Virus record (IMG/VR): IMGVR_UViG_3300047089_000152
Location: 40,151-104,150 of that record
Strand: one strand, 5' to 3'
Source: a virus
DNA length: 64,000 nucleotides
The position numbers were made by a program, and so were the translations under genes. Positions 46,501 through 56,283 of the stretch are shown piece after piece. The notes below the pieces were generated by a model that worked only from the letters and a program-made list of their open reading frames with translations, was not told where the DNA came from and did no database searches. The number at the start of each line of letters is the position of its first letter. Within the stretch, counting starts at the first letter, position 1.

Positions 46501-46535
46501 TCACTGACCTGCACCTACGCGGTGCAGGTCAGTGA
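46501..46535. terminator. 15-bp hairpin between the mini-array and the portal stop
   Basis: TCACTGACCTGCACC-TACGC-GGTGCAGGTCAGTGA. Confidence 0.8.
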
Positions 46536-48164
46536 TTCCCGTTGTGTCCGTTTGAGCTGGCCTTCGGCGGAATCCACGGCCCGACGAACTCGGGGCCAAG
46601 CGCATCATCACGTTCCGCCTGGCGGACCGCTGCGACAATCTTCGCGAACACTTCCGGGTGGACACTGGAACCATCGCCGCGCACGGACGTGATCTCCTTG
46701 ACGATCTCCTGGAGAACATTCGGCGGGACGAACCCGCCCGCACCCGCAGCACCAGCCGCACCCGCCACGGCAGGCCCGTTCGCGCCCAGAGCACCAGGCA
46801 CGTTTATCCCAGGCGGGGCGTTCCCCGCACCAGGCCCCGACGGCTGACCCGTACCCGGCGGCAACCCCACCGGCTCCTGACCAGCCTGGAGTTCTTGCAG
46901 ATACTCGACCAGCAGCCGCTGTTCCAGGGTGACCTGCGGGAGGAACGAATTCGGGATCGCCCGCGTCGACCGGGCCATCGCGACAATCGCGTCCAGCGGG
47001 ATCGTGTCCTTACCCATCTGCTGCGGCAACGGCTCCAGGTCCTCCGTGTCACGCATCTCATCAATCGACTTGAACCCGATGTCCCGCCACGTCTTGTAAA
47101 TGTTCGCCCGTTCAGCCAGGTCAGCTTTCAGCAGCGCGTCAGTAGCGAACCGGGCGTAACGGTTCGCCGGTAGCAGCTTGAAGAACGCGGTCTCCAGCCG
47201 GACCAGCCACGGGCGCAGCGCCTCGATGATCTGCAACGCACCCTGCTGCACCGTGGAATACGTCAGCGAGTCGCCACGCTTACCACCCACCCGGTCAGGA
47301 GGCAATCCATAAACAGCGGCGAGCTGCGTCGCGTTCATCTGCATCGCCTCAATAAACTGCGCCTCCGACGGCGGAACAGTCACCGGGTGATAATCCCAGT
47401 CACGACCGTATACCAAGGGGGTCCTGTTGCGAATCGACTGGTTCAGTGCGCTGCGGATCTCCGCAGCCTGCGACGGGTCGATCTCGATCTCGTTGTTCTT
47501 GAACGTACCCGGAGGGAACCCGCCGGCCTTGAACCAGTCCGTCCCGAACCGGGTAGCCTCCAGGCCATTCAGGATCGTCAACGCGAACGCGCGCAGCGGA
47601 GAGATACCCTCCGTGCGGCCAGCAAGACTGAATGCCTTGATGTGGAAATATTCGTCGCGCTGCATCAACCGCCCGTAAAAATACACGCGGGACCGAAGCG
47701 GATTGTACGGCTGCGACTCGTCGTCAATGACCGTGATCATCTCCGGGGGCATCCACTGGATCTGCGTCGGATACCCGTACCCGTCACGCCCCAGAATGTA
47801 TCCCCACGCGTTACCGTGCAGCAAAAGCGCGGTCAAGCATTCATAAAGCCAATCCATAAGATTTGTTGACGGGGACGGGTCGTCGAATATCGACGGGCCA
47901 TCCCACTTCTTCTGCCCCGCACCCGGCGTTTTAATGTAAACTTTCAGCGGCAACGACGCGATGTACTCAGCGATCATCCGCACGCACGCGTACAGCGGTG
48001 TCAGTCTTAGCGCCTCGTCGGCCCCGTAAAACGAACGGGACGGATGCGCAGGGCCACCAGCACTGAAGGGAAAGTAAATACGGCGAGTCCCACGGCCTCC
48101 AGGGCACGCCAGAAATAACACGACTCTCAGTTTTACTCGCCAGTACCCGCTCGACCAGACCCAC
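46529..48164 (-). CDS. HK97-family portal protein (apparent frameshift near codon 30)
   Basis: YACVRMIA...SLPL, LLLHGNAW, GISPL, AQFIE, YSTVQQ; natural N-terminus MGLVERV lies in another frame. Confidence 0.9.
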
Positions 48165-48221
48165 CAGATCACCCCCCTTCTTTATCTTGCGTTCCCTGCT
48201 AGATACCCTTATTATTGATTC

Positions 48222-48917
48222 ATGTCACGAACAGCGATAGACCTCACTGGGCAACGCTTCGGGCGTCTGACCGTACTGATACGCGACCGCACACGCCGAG
48301 GAGCTACATACTGGCGCTGCCTCTGTGATTGCGGCAACGAAAAGACCGTCGCTAGTGCTTCGCTACGCCGTAGCGCCACGACAAGCTGCGGCTGCGCCCA
48401 CCGCGAGATGCTGATAGCGCGCAACACCGGGCGCTGGCCCGAGCCGTTCTCAGTCCCTGGATCGCCATCCGCGCCGAAACCAGGATCAGGGCCGAAACCA
48501 AGCGTGCTGCATAAACCGACGTACCACTCCTGGTACGGCGCGGTCCGTCGATGCACCAGACATGACGACCCTGGATGGCCACGATACGGAGGTCGCGGTA
48601 TCACGGTCTGCGAACGCTGGCTCGATTACAAAAACTTCCTGGCCGATATGGGCGAGAGGCCCCCCGACAGGACACTCGACCGGATCAACAACGACGGGGA
48701 CTACGAGCCAGGCAACTGCCGCTGGGCCACGATCCAGCAGCAGTCCCGCAACACAAGCACCTTCAAGCTGACCCCTGCCAAGATCAGAGAGATACTGGAC
48801 CTTAGCAAGGCAGGTCTGGGTCCGGGGCAGATCGCCATACAGACGGACATCAGCTACAGGAATACGCGACTCGTCATCTCGATCGCGGAGGTTGTACGGG
48901 CGGCCTTGGTCGCGTAG
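48222..48917 (+). CDS. HNH homing endonuclease
   Basis: DLTGQRFGRL...CLCDCG; YGGRGITVCERW...TLDRINNDGDYEPGNCRWAT; antisense insertion beside the portal; leaderless (TATTAT + 6 nt). Confidence 0.9.
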   Translation: MSRTAIDLTGQRFGRLTVLIRDRTRRGATYWRCLCDCGNEKTVASASLRRSATTSCGCAHREMLIARNTGRWPEPFSVPGSPSAPKPGSGPKPSVLHKPTYHSWYGAVRRCTRHDDPGWPRYGGRGITVCERWLDYKNFLADMGERPPDRTLDRINNDGDYEPGNCRWATIQQQSRNTSTFKLTPAKIREILDLSKAGLGPGQIAIQTDISYRNTRLVISIAEVVRAALVA

Positions 48918-49120
48918 TATGTCCGTGCCGGGTTACCTCACGGAAGTCACGGTAGCCCGGCTCAGGCCCCCGCCTGTATGGGTACACGCGTATCCCGAAG
49001 CTTTTAAACGGAGGGAACGGGCGTGGTCCGCCGTCACACGCGGAGGGGGCACAAAGCTTTAACGCGGGTCCCAGTGCTCGTAGTATCCGCGTGACTGGTC
49101 GGCTAGCGTGCAGGTCATGG

Positions 49121-49360
49121 TCAGCCCCGTTCTGGTTGCGGTGCGGGTGTGACGGTCACGTGCGCGCCGACACGGTAGCCGTACCGGACGGCGAGGCAGC
49201 AGAACACTACGCTGCGCCACAGCGAACCCGTCAGCCAGCCGATCGCGAAGAAAAACGCCGTGACCAGCGTGATGATCATCACGCCCGCGCGGACCTGGCT
49301 GGCGTGTTCAGCTATCTGCTCGACGGGTACGGCTGATAGTGGCCGGGTCGCGGTTGCCAT
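49121..49360 (-). CDS. small membrane protein
   Basis: hydrophobic core; RBS GGAGG. Confidence 0.6.
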   Translation of the reverse strand: MATATRPLSAVPVEQIAEHASQVRAGVMIITLVTAFFFAIGWLTGSLWRSVVFCCLAVRYGYRVGAHVTVTPAPQPERG

Positions 49361-49367
49361 GTTCCTC

Positions 49368-50267
49368 CTACAATCCCTTGTCGGTCATCCACGTCTGCGC
49401 GGCCTTGGCTACCTTCGCGTTTCCGCCGATGTGGTGGAGCTGCACCCACGGGTGGAGCAGCGTGGCGAACGCGACGTCGTCGGTGTTGTGACCCGGGACA
49501 GGCACCGGGGGTACCGGGACAGGGACGGGTGCGGGGGCGGTCAACGGCAGGGACACGGTCGCGTCACCCTGTTCGGCTAGCAGCCGTTCCAGTGTCGCGT
49601 AGGAGTAGCAGAATGAGCCGTCGACACCGAACCCTGTGCCCCACGAATTGTCCAGGAACAGGATCTTCTTGTCGACGTCCTTGCCGCGGCACAGATATTC
49701 GTGGCCACCCCGGATCTGCGCGCCAGGGCTGACGGCTACGAGGCCGCTGCTATCGGGTCGGTCCATCGAGTCATACCAATTCGACCCGATGCCTACCGGG
49801 CCTGCTTCCAGCGCGTCGAGGACGTCTGCGAGGGAGAAGCAGTGCAGGTACCCCGAAATCCAGCCCATGTTCTTCGCGACCTGCGCCGCCGACGGCCCCG
49901 ACGAACCATTGTCGTTGGGAGGGTAGGGACCATCCCCGTCGATGGTCTCAGCCCCACTGTAGATCCGCAGCGCCAGCGGCTCATCCAGAGGGATGTGACC
50001 GGCTGGTAGCGCGTCGAACAGGGGTCCCGTGCCGAGCGCACCAACCTGCTCGTTTCCGGTGCAGGACCCGACGTTGCCCTGATCCAGGATGGGGATCTGC
50101 CGGGGCCACAGCTGGGTCGTTAGCCCCGCCGCGGTCCGCTGCCACGGATATGCGCGGTTCCGCTCGTCATGATACAGATTCCGCCCCAAGGGCAGGGGGT
50201 TCTCGGCTGATGCAGCCTGCCAAGGGATGCGGGCACGCTGGGTGGACCATGCGGTCACTACAACCAT
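49368..50267 (-). CDS. papain-like cysteine peptidase (possible endolysin-type)
   Basis: LDQGNVGSCTG, GGHEY, NSWG catalytic motifs. Confidence 0.8.
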   Translation of the reverse strand: MVVVTAWSTQRARIPWQAASAENPLPLGRNLYHDERNRAYPWQRTAAGLTTQLWPRQIPILDQGNVGSCTGNEQVGALGTGPLFDALPAGHIPLDEPLALRIYSGAETIDGDGPYPPNDNGSSGPSAAQVAKNMGWISGYLHCFSLADVLDALEAGPVGIGSNWYDSMDRPDSSGLVAVSPGAQIRGGHEYLCRGKDVDKKILFLDNSWGTGFGVDGSFCYSYATLERLLAEQGDATVSLPLTAPAPVPVPVPPVPVPGHNTDDVAFATLLHPWVQLHHIGGNAKVAKAAQTWMTDKGL

Positions 50268-50279
50268 GAGTCTCCTACG

Positions 50280-50288
50280 TGGTACACT
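50280..50288 (+). promoter_or_regulatory. extended -10 promoter of a mini-array
   Basis: TGGTACACT(GTAGGTAC), identical to positions 8-24. Confidence 0.7.
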
Positions 50289-50303
50289 GTAGGTACAGAA
50301 AGG

Positions 50304-50362
50304 GGATAGGAGCGGCAGGGCTTGGCCTGGAGAGGATCGGCTGGGATTGGATTGGCAGGCTT
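50304..50362 (+). ncRNA. GGH-NN mini-array (1 unit)
   Basis: 10 pentamers + GGCAG-GCTT. Confidence 0.78.
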
Positions 50363-51934
50363 TTAGCCGATAGATCGCAACGGGTTATAGCCTCGCCTCA
50401 GTCTGTTATATGCCCAGTGGGCGATGGTCGCGGAGGTCAGCGCGGTGATGTTTGACGCGCTGTTCTTCCGCGACCATCCTCGCATCCCGTCGCCGATGTC
50501 CCTGGTCTCCGCGCGGGCCACAGCGGACCGCAGATAGGGTGCCTCGTCGGGTCCCAGCTGCCCGAGCTGTTTATCGCGGATCGCGGTGACCATCAGGGTG
50601 AACGCCTGCGCCTCCTCAGCGGAGGTCACCTTCATCAGCTCGATCCCGCGGTTTTCCGCGTCGTCCATCAACGCGGAGGCGGGTGCTGTCTTCGGGATCG
50701 CGATACCCAGAGGCCGCCACTTCTTCCGCAGCTCCATTAGTTTCGGGACGACCCACGCGGTACCGGGCCGGAAGCAGTCCTGGGGTTGTTCCACGATGAC
50801 GATCCCGTCGGAGGGACGCATCCACGCCACGGAGATACACGCGGCGGTCAGGTCTGGTGTCACGTCGACAGCGAAACATACCGGGGTCGCGGTCCCGCCG
50901 AGGATAGACGTTTCGCATGCGTTCCACTGGTCCTCGGAGACGGCCAGCCATCCTTCTTCGTCGGTGGGCCAGTGTCCCGCGCCGAGACGTTCCACGTTGA
51001 ACGCGTCCTCGGGCATGCTATTCAGTTCCCACGCCACATGCTCAGCGGTGATCCGGTAGCCCAGAGCGGGGTTCGCTTTCGCCCAGGACAGCGGGTCGTC
51101 CCGGTCGTCATGCTCGGGGCAGACGATGAACTCGTTGGACCGGCGTCCGGTCCGCTCGTCGCGGGGGCATAGCTCGTTGTGCGGCCGGATCGACCACTCG
51201 AAGTAGGCGAGCCGTTCATCGTCGCCGCGGATACCGCGCCTGCGCACGGATGCTAGCTGGGTGGAGTCAGGGTAGCCAGCCGAGGCAAGGTACCACAGTT
51301 GCGGGTTCGGGACCGCGGACATGGTAGGCATAGAAGCGCCGACCTGGTCGACTGTCAAAATCATCGCCTCGTCCCAGACCAGGCAGTTACACGTAAACGA
51401 ACGGCCTGAACCACGGGACCGGGCGAGGAACCGGAGCCGGGGCGCGACTGTCTTGCGGATCAGTTTCGCGCGGGACCCGAAGATCAGCGCGGGGGAGGGT
51501 CGTAGCAGGACCGCTTCCTCACCGTGTGAGGTGATCACCGATTTGATCCGGCGGGACAGTTCCTCGGAGTTACTGATCCGGTCTTTCAACCGGAGGAAAT
51601 GCTCGTTGGACGCCTTGAATTCGTGGGCCGTGTGAATGATCAACGGCTCCGATAGCTCGAACAGGCCGAATAGTTCCCGGCCCTCCACGATGGCGTTTTT
51701 CCCGTTCTGCCGGGATAGTACCTCGGCGACTTCTTTCGCCGCCCATGTCCCGTTCGGTCGGGTGCCGAGCGCGTTTTCCAGTGACCAAGCCTGCCACGGG
51801 TCCCACTCGAAACCGACCGATTCGCAGAACTCGACGCACTCCAGCCCCGTCTGGTTCGAGGCGCTGACGGGCAGTGAGGAGATCCTTGGTTCCTGCACCC
51901 CGTACAGTTCGTCGGGTAGCGCGGGCATTGCCAC
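50363..51934 (-). CDS. terminase large subunit
   Basis: SRQNGKN Walker A, HTAH, WDEA Walker B, ANPALG, FAVDV nuclease motif. Confidence 0.95.
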   Translation of the reverse strand: MAMPALPDELYGVQEPRISSLPVSASNQTGLECVEFCESVGFEWDPWQAWSLENALGTRPNGTWAAKEVAEVLSRQNGKNAIVEGRELFGLFELSEPLIIHTAHEFKASNEHFLRLKDRISNSEELSRRIKSVITSHGEEAVLLRPSPALIFGSRAKLIRKTVAPRLRFLARSRGSGRSFTCNCLVWDEAMILTVDQVGASMPTMSAVPNPQLWYLASAGYPDSTQLASVRRRGIRGDDERLAYFEWSIRPHNELCPRDERTGRRSNEFIVCPEHDDRDDPLSWAKANPALGYRITAEHVAWELNSMPEDAFNVERLGAGHWPTDEEGWLAVSEDQWNACETSILGGTATPVCFAVDVTPDLTAACISVAWMRPSDGIVIVEQPQDCFRPGTAWVVPKLMELRKKWRPLGIAIPKTAPASALMDDAENRGIELMKVTSAEEAQAFTLMVTAIRDKQLGQLGPDEAPYLRSAVARAETRDIGDGMRGWSRKNSASNITALTSATIAHWAYNRLRRGYNPLRSIG

Positions 51935-51936
51935 GG

Positions 51937-52230
51937 TCAGCCCTGACCGCCGTGTTCGCGGAGTAGCCGTTCCTCGCGCTTCTTGCGCAGCTCGTCGATT
52001 TTGTCTCCCTCAGCGCCGGGTGGTGCCATCTCGCGGAGCTGTACGGAGCAGAGCCGTAGTTCGCGGAGGATGACGGACAGGTCGCGGGGTTCGAGGTGCC
52101 GGGTGTCTGCTTCGGCGGCGAGGGTGAGCATGGCCTGTGCCACGGTGCCGCTGGCTACGGTTTCGGGGAAGGTGCGGAGGTCTCTGCGTACGGCTCGTTC
52201 GATCGCTCCGATTTTGCGTCTGGCTGGCAT
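51937..52230 (-). CDS. terminase small subunit
   Basis: directly upstream of TerL; DKIDELRKKREER tail. Confidence 0.75.
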   Translation of the reverse strand: MPARRKIGAIERAVRRDLRTFPETVASGTVAQAMLTLAAEADTRHLEPRDLSVILRELRLCSVQLREMAPPGAEGDKIDELRKKREERLLREHGGQG

Positions 52231-52381
52231 GCCCCTCCCCCGGTCTCCGGTGATACACTGTAGGTAACGGCGAGTGGTGCACGCCCCTACCAGGTGCACG
52301 AATGTGAGACTCATAGAAGGGCGCTGGCAACCCTGGACCTCGCCAGAAACCAGCACTTATTCGCTGGTAAAGGAGTGTGCG

Positions 52382-52738
52382 GTGGCTAAGGAACACGAAC
52401 AGTACCTGCGTGAGCTGCGACGACAAGGCTACATCACGGTCCGTAAGACACGCAGCAACCACCTGCGTATCTTCTGCCCGTGCGGGTGCCTCGTCTCGAC
52501 CCACTCCGTGAACGGCGGCACCGACCACCGTGGCCTGCTGAACTTGAAATCAGAGGTCAAACGGCACGAGCTACGGCATCGCGACAGCGACAGCCAGGCA
52601 CAGCAAACCGGTCGGGGGAACCCAGTCGGGGATAGTGAAACCGGACGCCACGACCGAGATGAACCACAACGCGCCGAACACCAGCGCCGCGACGATCAGC
52701 ACCCAGCGAAGCAGATTACGGTCGAAAGCCACTGGTAA
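52382..52738 (+). CDS. HicA-like protein (tentative)
   Basis: LRRQGY..RKTRSNHLRIF.P.G pattern. Confidence 0.45.
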   Translation: MAKEHEQYLRELRRQGYITVRKTRSNHLRIFCPCGCLVSTHSVNGGTDHRGLLNLKSEVKRHELRHRDSDSQAQQTGRGNPVGDSETGRHDRDEPQRAEHQRRDDQHPAKQITVESHW

Positions 52739-52762
52739 CCACCACCTATAGGAGAGAGCTAC

Positions 52763-53110
52763 ATGAGCGTCAACCTGAGCGGAGCACTCCCGTCCGGCGA
52801 CGGGAACGGGCTGTCAGAGATCGTCTATGACCTGAACGACGCCGGGAAGATTCACGTGTGTATCTGCCTGGTCTCCGGTAAGAAAGCCACCACGGACATC
52901 GAGTCGGGTGACACGGTGACGACGGCGCGTATCCGCCGGATTGAGGTGATACGCGACGAGGAAGACATGCGGCTAGCGGAGAACCTGATGCGGCGGGCGC
53001 TGGACCGTCGGACCGGTCGTGAGGCCCTGCCGTATGACCTGGAAGAGGAAATCCGGGGGGCGTTCCCTGAGAATGTCGAGGATCTGTCGTCTGAAGACCC
53101 GGGTCAGTGA
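52763..53110 (+). CDS. hypothetical protein
   Basis: RBS AGGAG. Confidence 0.7.
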   Translation: MSVNLSGALPSGDGNGLSEIVYDLNDAGKIHVCICLVSGKKATTDIESGDTVTTARIRRIEVIRDEEDMRLAENLMRRALDRRTGREALPYDLEEEIRGAFPENVEDLSSEDPGQ

Positions 53111-53158
53111 CCCTAAGACAGACTCCTCCAATGCCACAATAATCCACGGAAAAAAGAA

Positions 53159-53473
53159 ATGCAAGAGGTGAGGCGCGTGAGTTCAGAAGATCCTGGGCAG
53201 ATCTCTCTGCTTGACGCGATGTTCGGGTCGAATACCGTCCTGATCCACAAGTCCGGAGAGTCCGCGCCGGGTGATTACGCCCGGGCGCTGCTCGGCCAGC
53301 AGGTCCGGGTAGTGCTGGGCTACGAAGACAGCGAGGGTGACGTGGACCGCGGTATCCCCGTGATCACCGAGGGGCAGCTGCTCGGGTTCGGGCAGGGCGG
53401 CGATTTCGAGATCCTCGAAGATGACGGTTTTGTGCATTACTGCTGGCCGATGCTGAAGGTCGAGCGGCGCTAG
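53159..53473 (+). CDS. hypothetical protein
   Basis: ORF; SSEDPGQ also ends the previous gene. Confidence 0.55.
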   Translation: MQEVRRVSSEDPGQISLLDAMFGSNTVLIHKSGESAPGDYARALLGQQVRVVLGYEDSEGDVDRGIPVITEGQLLGFGQGGDFEILEDDGFVHYCWPMLKVERR

Positions 53474-53500
53474 ACTGTCGGTAGCCATTGGGGAGGCACC

Positions 53501-54088
53501 GTGAGACAGCCGAAGCATAAGCGGACAGTGGCGCAGGCAGCCGCGGCGCATAAGTTCGCAGCGGCGGGCCGCGCGTCGCAGGCTAGGACACGGGCGGCTG
53601 CGATCGCGAAGACGGGTAAGCCGCCGCCCGTGTCGAAGAAACGGCATCAGGCCGCGTTGAAGTGGGCTGCTGCGGGACGCGCGTCGCAGGCCCGGGCGCG
53701 TGCACATCTCAAACCGCTGCCGAAGAAGCAGCCGACGCTGGGTGAGTTGCCGTGCGCACCGGCCGCTATCGCGGAGCACCTGTTCGCCGCTACCGGTGTG
53801 GCCGTGCCGGACGCGGATATACTGGCGTTGGGTGAGAACATGCCCGGTGGCTGTCTCTGGGAGTACCTGGAGGCAGCCGCCACAGCCGGGCTGGGCGGTG
53901 TGCGGCTGGCCGGTTTCTGGCAGTGTGACGAGGATCTTTTTATCCCTGGCCTGGTCTACGGGGTGGGGATGCTGGGCGGGTATCACGCTGTTCTGTCTCA
54001 CCCGCGCGGGCTGGTTTCGTGGGGGCTGCTACTGCCCCGGCTGGGTGTCCCGCGTGAGGCGTGGCACCTGGAGTGGGCCACCGCATAG
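53501..54088 (+). CDS. hypothetical protein with basic repeated N-terminus
   Basis: AAAGRASQAR occurs twice. Confidence 0.6.
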   Translation: MRQPKHKRTVAQAAAAHKFAAAGRASQARTRAAAIAKTGKPPPVSKKRHQAALKWAAAGRASQARARAHLKPLPKKQPTLGELPCAPAAIAEHLFAATGVAVPDADILALGENMPGGCLWEYLEAAATAGLGGVRLAGFWQCDEDLFIPGLVYGVGMLGGYHAVLSHPRGLVSWGLLLPRLGVPREAWHLEWATA

Positions 54089-54115
54089 CTGCTACACTCG
54101 TGGTACGCTAAGCGT

Positions 54116-54361
54116 ATGACGAATCCTTCGTTGTTCACTGCGCGGCCAGCGAACCGGCCACCCCCACCCGGCCCCCGGCACGACCCCCTCCACATGGCCG
54201 AAGGGCTGAGATACTGCTGGTGCATATGCCCCCGCTGCTTCATCCGGTACGGAGAAGGTCACGGGGGCATCTGCTGCTGCCGGGAATGCCCCTGCGCCGC
54301 ATCCTACGAGGCCACCAAACCCATGTACGTCCCGCGTAAGACCGGAGAATCCGATGGCTAA
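54116..54361 (+). CDS. small Cys-rich protein; leaderless
   Basis: TGGTACGCT + 6 nt + ATG. Confidence 0.6.
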   Translation: MTNPSLFTARPANRPPPPGPRHDPLHMAEGLRYCWCICPRCFIRYGEGHGGICCCRECPCAASYEATKPMYVPRKTGESDG

Positions 54362-54611
54362 CCCGAACTCAGTGCTGACCCGGGCCCGGTTCATTATCGC
54401 CCAGTGGCTTGACCCGTACCCGGACCGGGGTGAAGCATGGTGCATGGACTGTGAGCTGAACGGCGGCCGGACCCTGATCCTGAACGCCGCCGGGCACGTG
54501 AACCACGTCGAGAAGCACCGCGAAACCAGCGTCGACGGGACCGCCAGCAGCATCGGCATGCGCGTCAACTGGGGTAACGTAACCCCCACCGAAGATGAGG
54601 ACCTTTTGTGA
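54354..54611 (+). CDS. hypothetical zinc-finger-like protein
   Basis: CMDC...HVEKH. Confidence 0.55.
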   Translation: MANPNSVLTRARFIIAQWLDPYPDRGEAWCMDCELNGGRTLILNAAGHVNHVEKHRETSVDGTASSIGMRVNWGNVTPTEDEDLL

Positions 54612-55999
54612 GAGTCGCTGCTGTCGTCATCCGCGGTGACGCCCGGAACCTGCCCCTGCCCGATGGCAGCGTCGACCTGATCGTCACGTCCCCGCCGTAC
54701 TTCTCGCTGCGTTCCTATATCGACGCCGACGGGATGCACTATGACGGGCAGATTGGGTCGGAGACGACACCCCGCCAGTTCATCGACGCGCTCCTTGCGT
54801 GCACGGTGGAGTGGCGGCGGGTGCTGAAACCGTCCGGGTCGATGTTCATCAACCTGGGCGACACGTACTCGTCGTGGCAGGGGGAACGCAAACACCACCC
54901 GCGTGACCTGACAGGGGAACGTGCCTCACGCGGGGAAGGTGGCGGGAACCTGCGCAGCGCCCCCGGGGTGTGGGGTGTCCCGGCGAAGTCGCTGATCGGG
55001 GTTCCGTGGCGGTACGCGCTGGGCTGCGTCGACGAACTCGGGTTGATCCTGCGGCGGGACATCATCTGGTCCAAGTCCAACGGCATCCCCGAATCAGTCA
55101 AAGACCGGGCCCGGACCGCGCACGAATACATCTTCCACCTGACCAAGCAGCAGCGCTACTTTTCGGCGGTAGATGAGATACGGGAGGACCACGCCCCGGA
55201 GTCGTTCGCGCGGTTCGCGCCCGGGCAGAAGCAAGCGGGGCTGTCCCGTCGCAGCAACTACGGGGGGCAGCCAGCTCACACGCTGAGCCTGGAAAATAGC
55301 CTGCACCCCCTAGGCCGGCTACCAGGGTCGGTGTGGGAGTTCCCGGTGCAGCCTCTTGTCGGCCCGGCCTGCCGGATAGTGTGGGACGGCCGGACGATCC
55401 GCTGGTTCGGGACGTGGGCTGAGGGTGAGAAGCACATGCGGATGCTCGCCCGGGAATGGTGGTCGTGGCCGCCCGGGTCGGGTCGTCCCAGCCTGCGCAG
55501 CGAGGCTGAGCATTTCGCTGCGTTCCCGATGGAGCTGCCCCGGCGTATCATCCAGGGCTGGTCCCCGGACGGTATCTGCGTCGCGTGCGGGCAGGGCCGC
55601 CGCCCGGTCAGTGTTGTCACGGATAAGAAAGCCACCGGCTACGACACGCGCATCGTTCCCATGTCACGCGACACGGTCCACGGCCACGACGGCAGGGGCG
55701 GGAAGAAAATCCTCACCACCCGGGGTATTACCGGGTATGCGTGTGACTGCCCGGACACGTCCGCGCCGACCCGTCCCGCTGTGGTACTCGACCCGTTCGG
55801 TGGTACGGGGTGCACCGCGATGGTCGCCGCGGCGAACGGCCGCATCGGTATCACCGTCGACTACTCCCACACCTACTCCCGGTTCGCACGGTGGCGGACC
55901 AGCGACGCGTCCGAACGGGCCAAGGCCATGCAGGTCCGTAAACCCCCGCCACCGCCGGACCCTCGGCAGCAGCCGCTGTTCGACATGGAGGAACTGTGA
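54608..55999 (+). CDS. site-specific DNA methyltransferase (N6_N4_Mtase, beta class; SPPY suggests m4C)
   Basis: VTSPPY, LKPSGS, HEYIF, HFAAFP, VLDPFGGTG. Confidence 0.92.
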   Translation: MRVAAVVIRGDARNLPLPDGSVDLIVTSPPYFSLRSYIDADGMHYDGQIGSETTPRQFIDALLACTVEWRRVLKPSGSMFINLGDTYSSWQGERKHHPRDLTGERASRGEGGGNLRSAPGVWGVPAKSLIGVPWRYALGCVDELGLILRRDIIWSKSNGIPESVKDRARTAHEYIFHLTKQQRYFSAVDEIREDHAPESFARFAPGQKQAGLSRRSNYGGQPAHTLSLENSLHPLGRLPGSVWEFPVQPLVGPACRIVWDGRTIRWFGTWAEGEKHMRMLAREWWSWPPGSGRPSLRSEAEHFAAFPMELPRRIIQGWSPDGICVACGQGRRPVSVVTDKKATGYDTRIVPMSRDTVHGHDGRGGKKILTTRGITGYACDCPDTSAPTRPAVVLDPFGGTGCTAMVAAANGRIGITVDYSHTYSRFARWRTSDASERAKAMQVRKPPPPPDPRQQPLFDMEEL

Positions 56000-56283
56000 C
56001 ACTATGCGAGCAGTGCGGCCTGTCACCGCCAGCGTTCCCCGGTGCCAGGGGAGCGGGCGGCAGTTTCTGCGCGTCCTGCATTGACGAGAAAGCGCACCTG
56101 ATCCTGGACGTGCTAGAAGTCATCCGCAACTACAGCCCTGACGTGGAGGAAATGTAATGTCAGTATCCACGATACTCATCGCCGGGTTCCTGATCATGCT
56201 GGCCGTGCTGGGGCATACCGTGTGGCATGGTGGGGAGATCGCAGTGGCGAATTTTGTCGTGCAGCTGTTCACCGGCGGGCACG

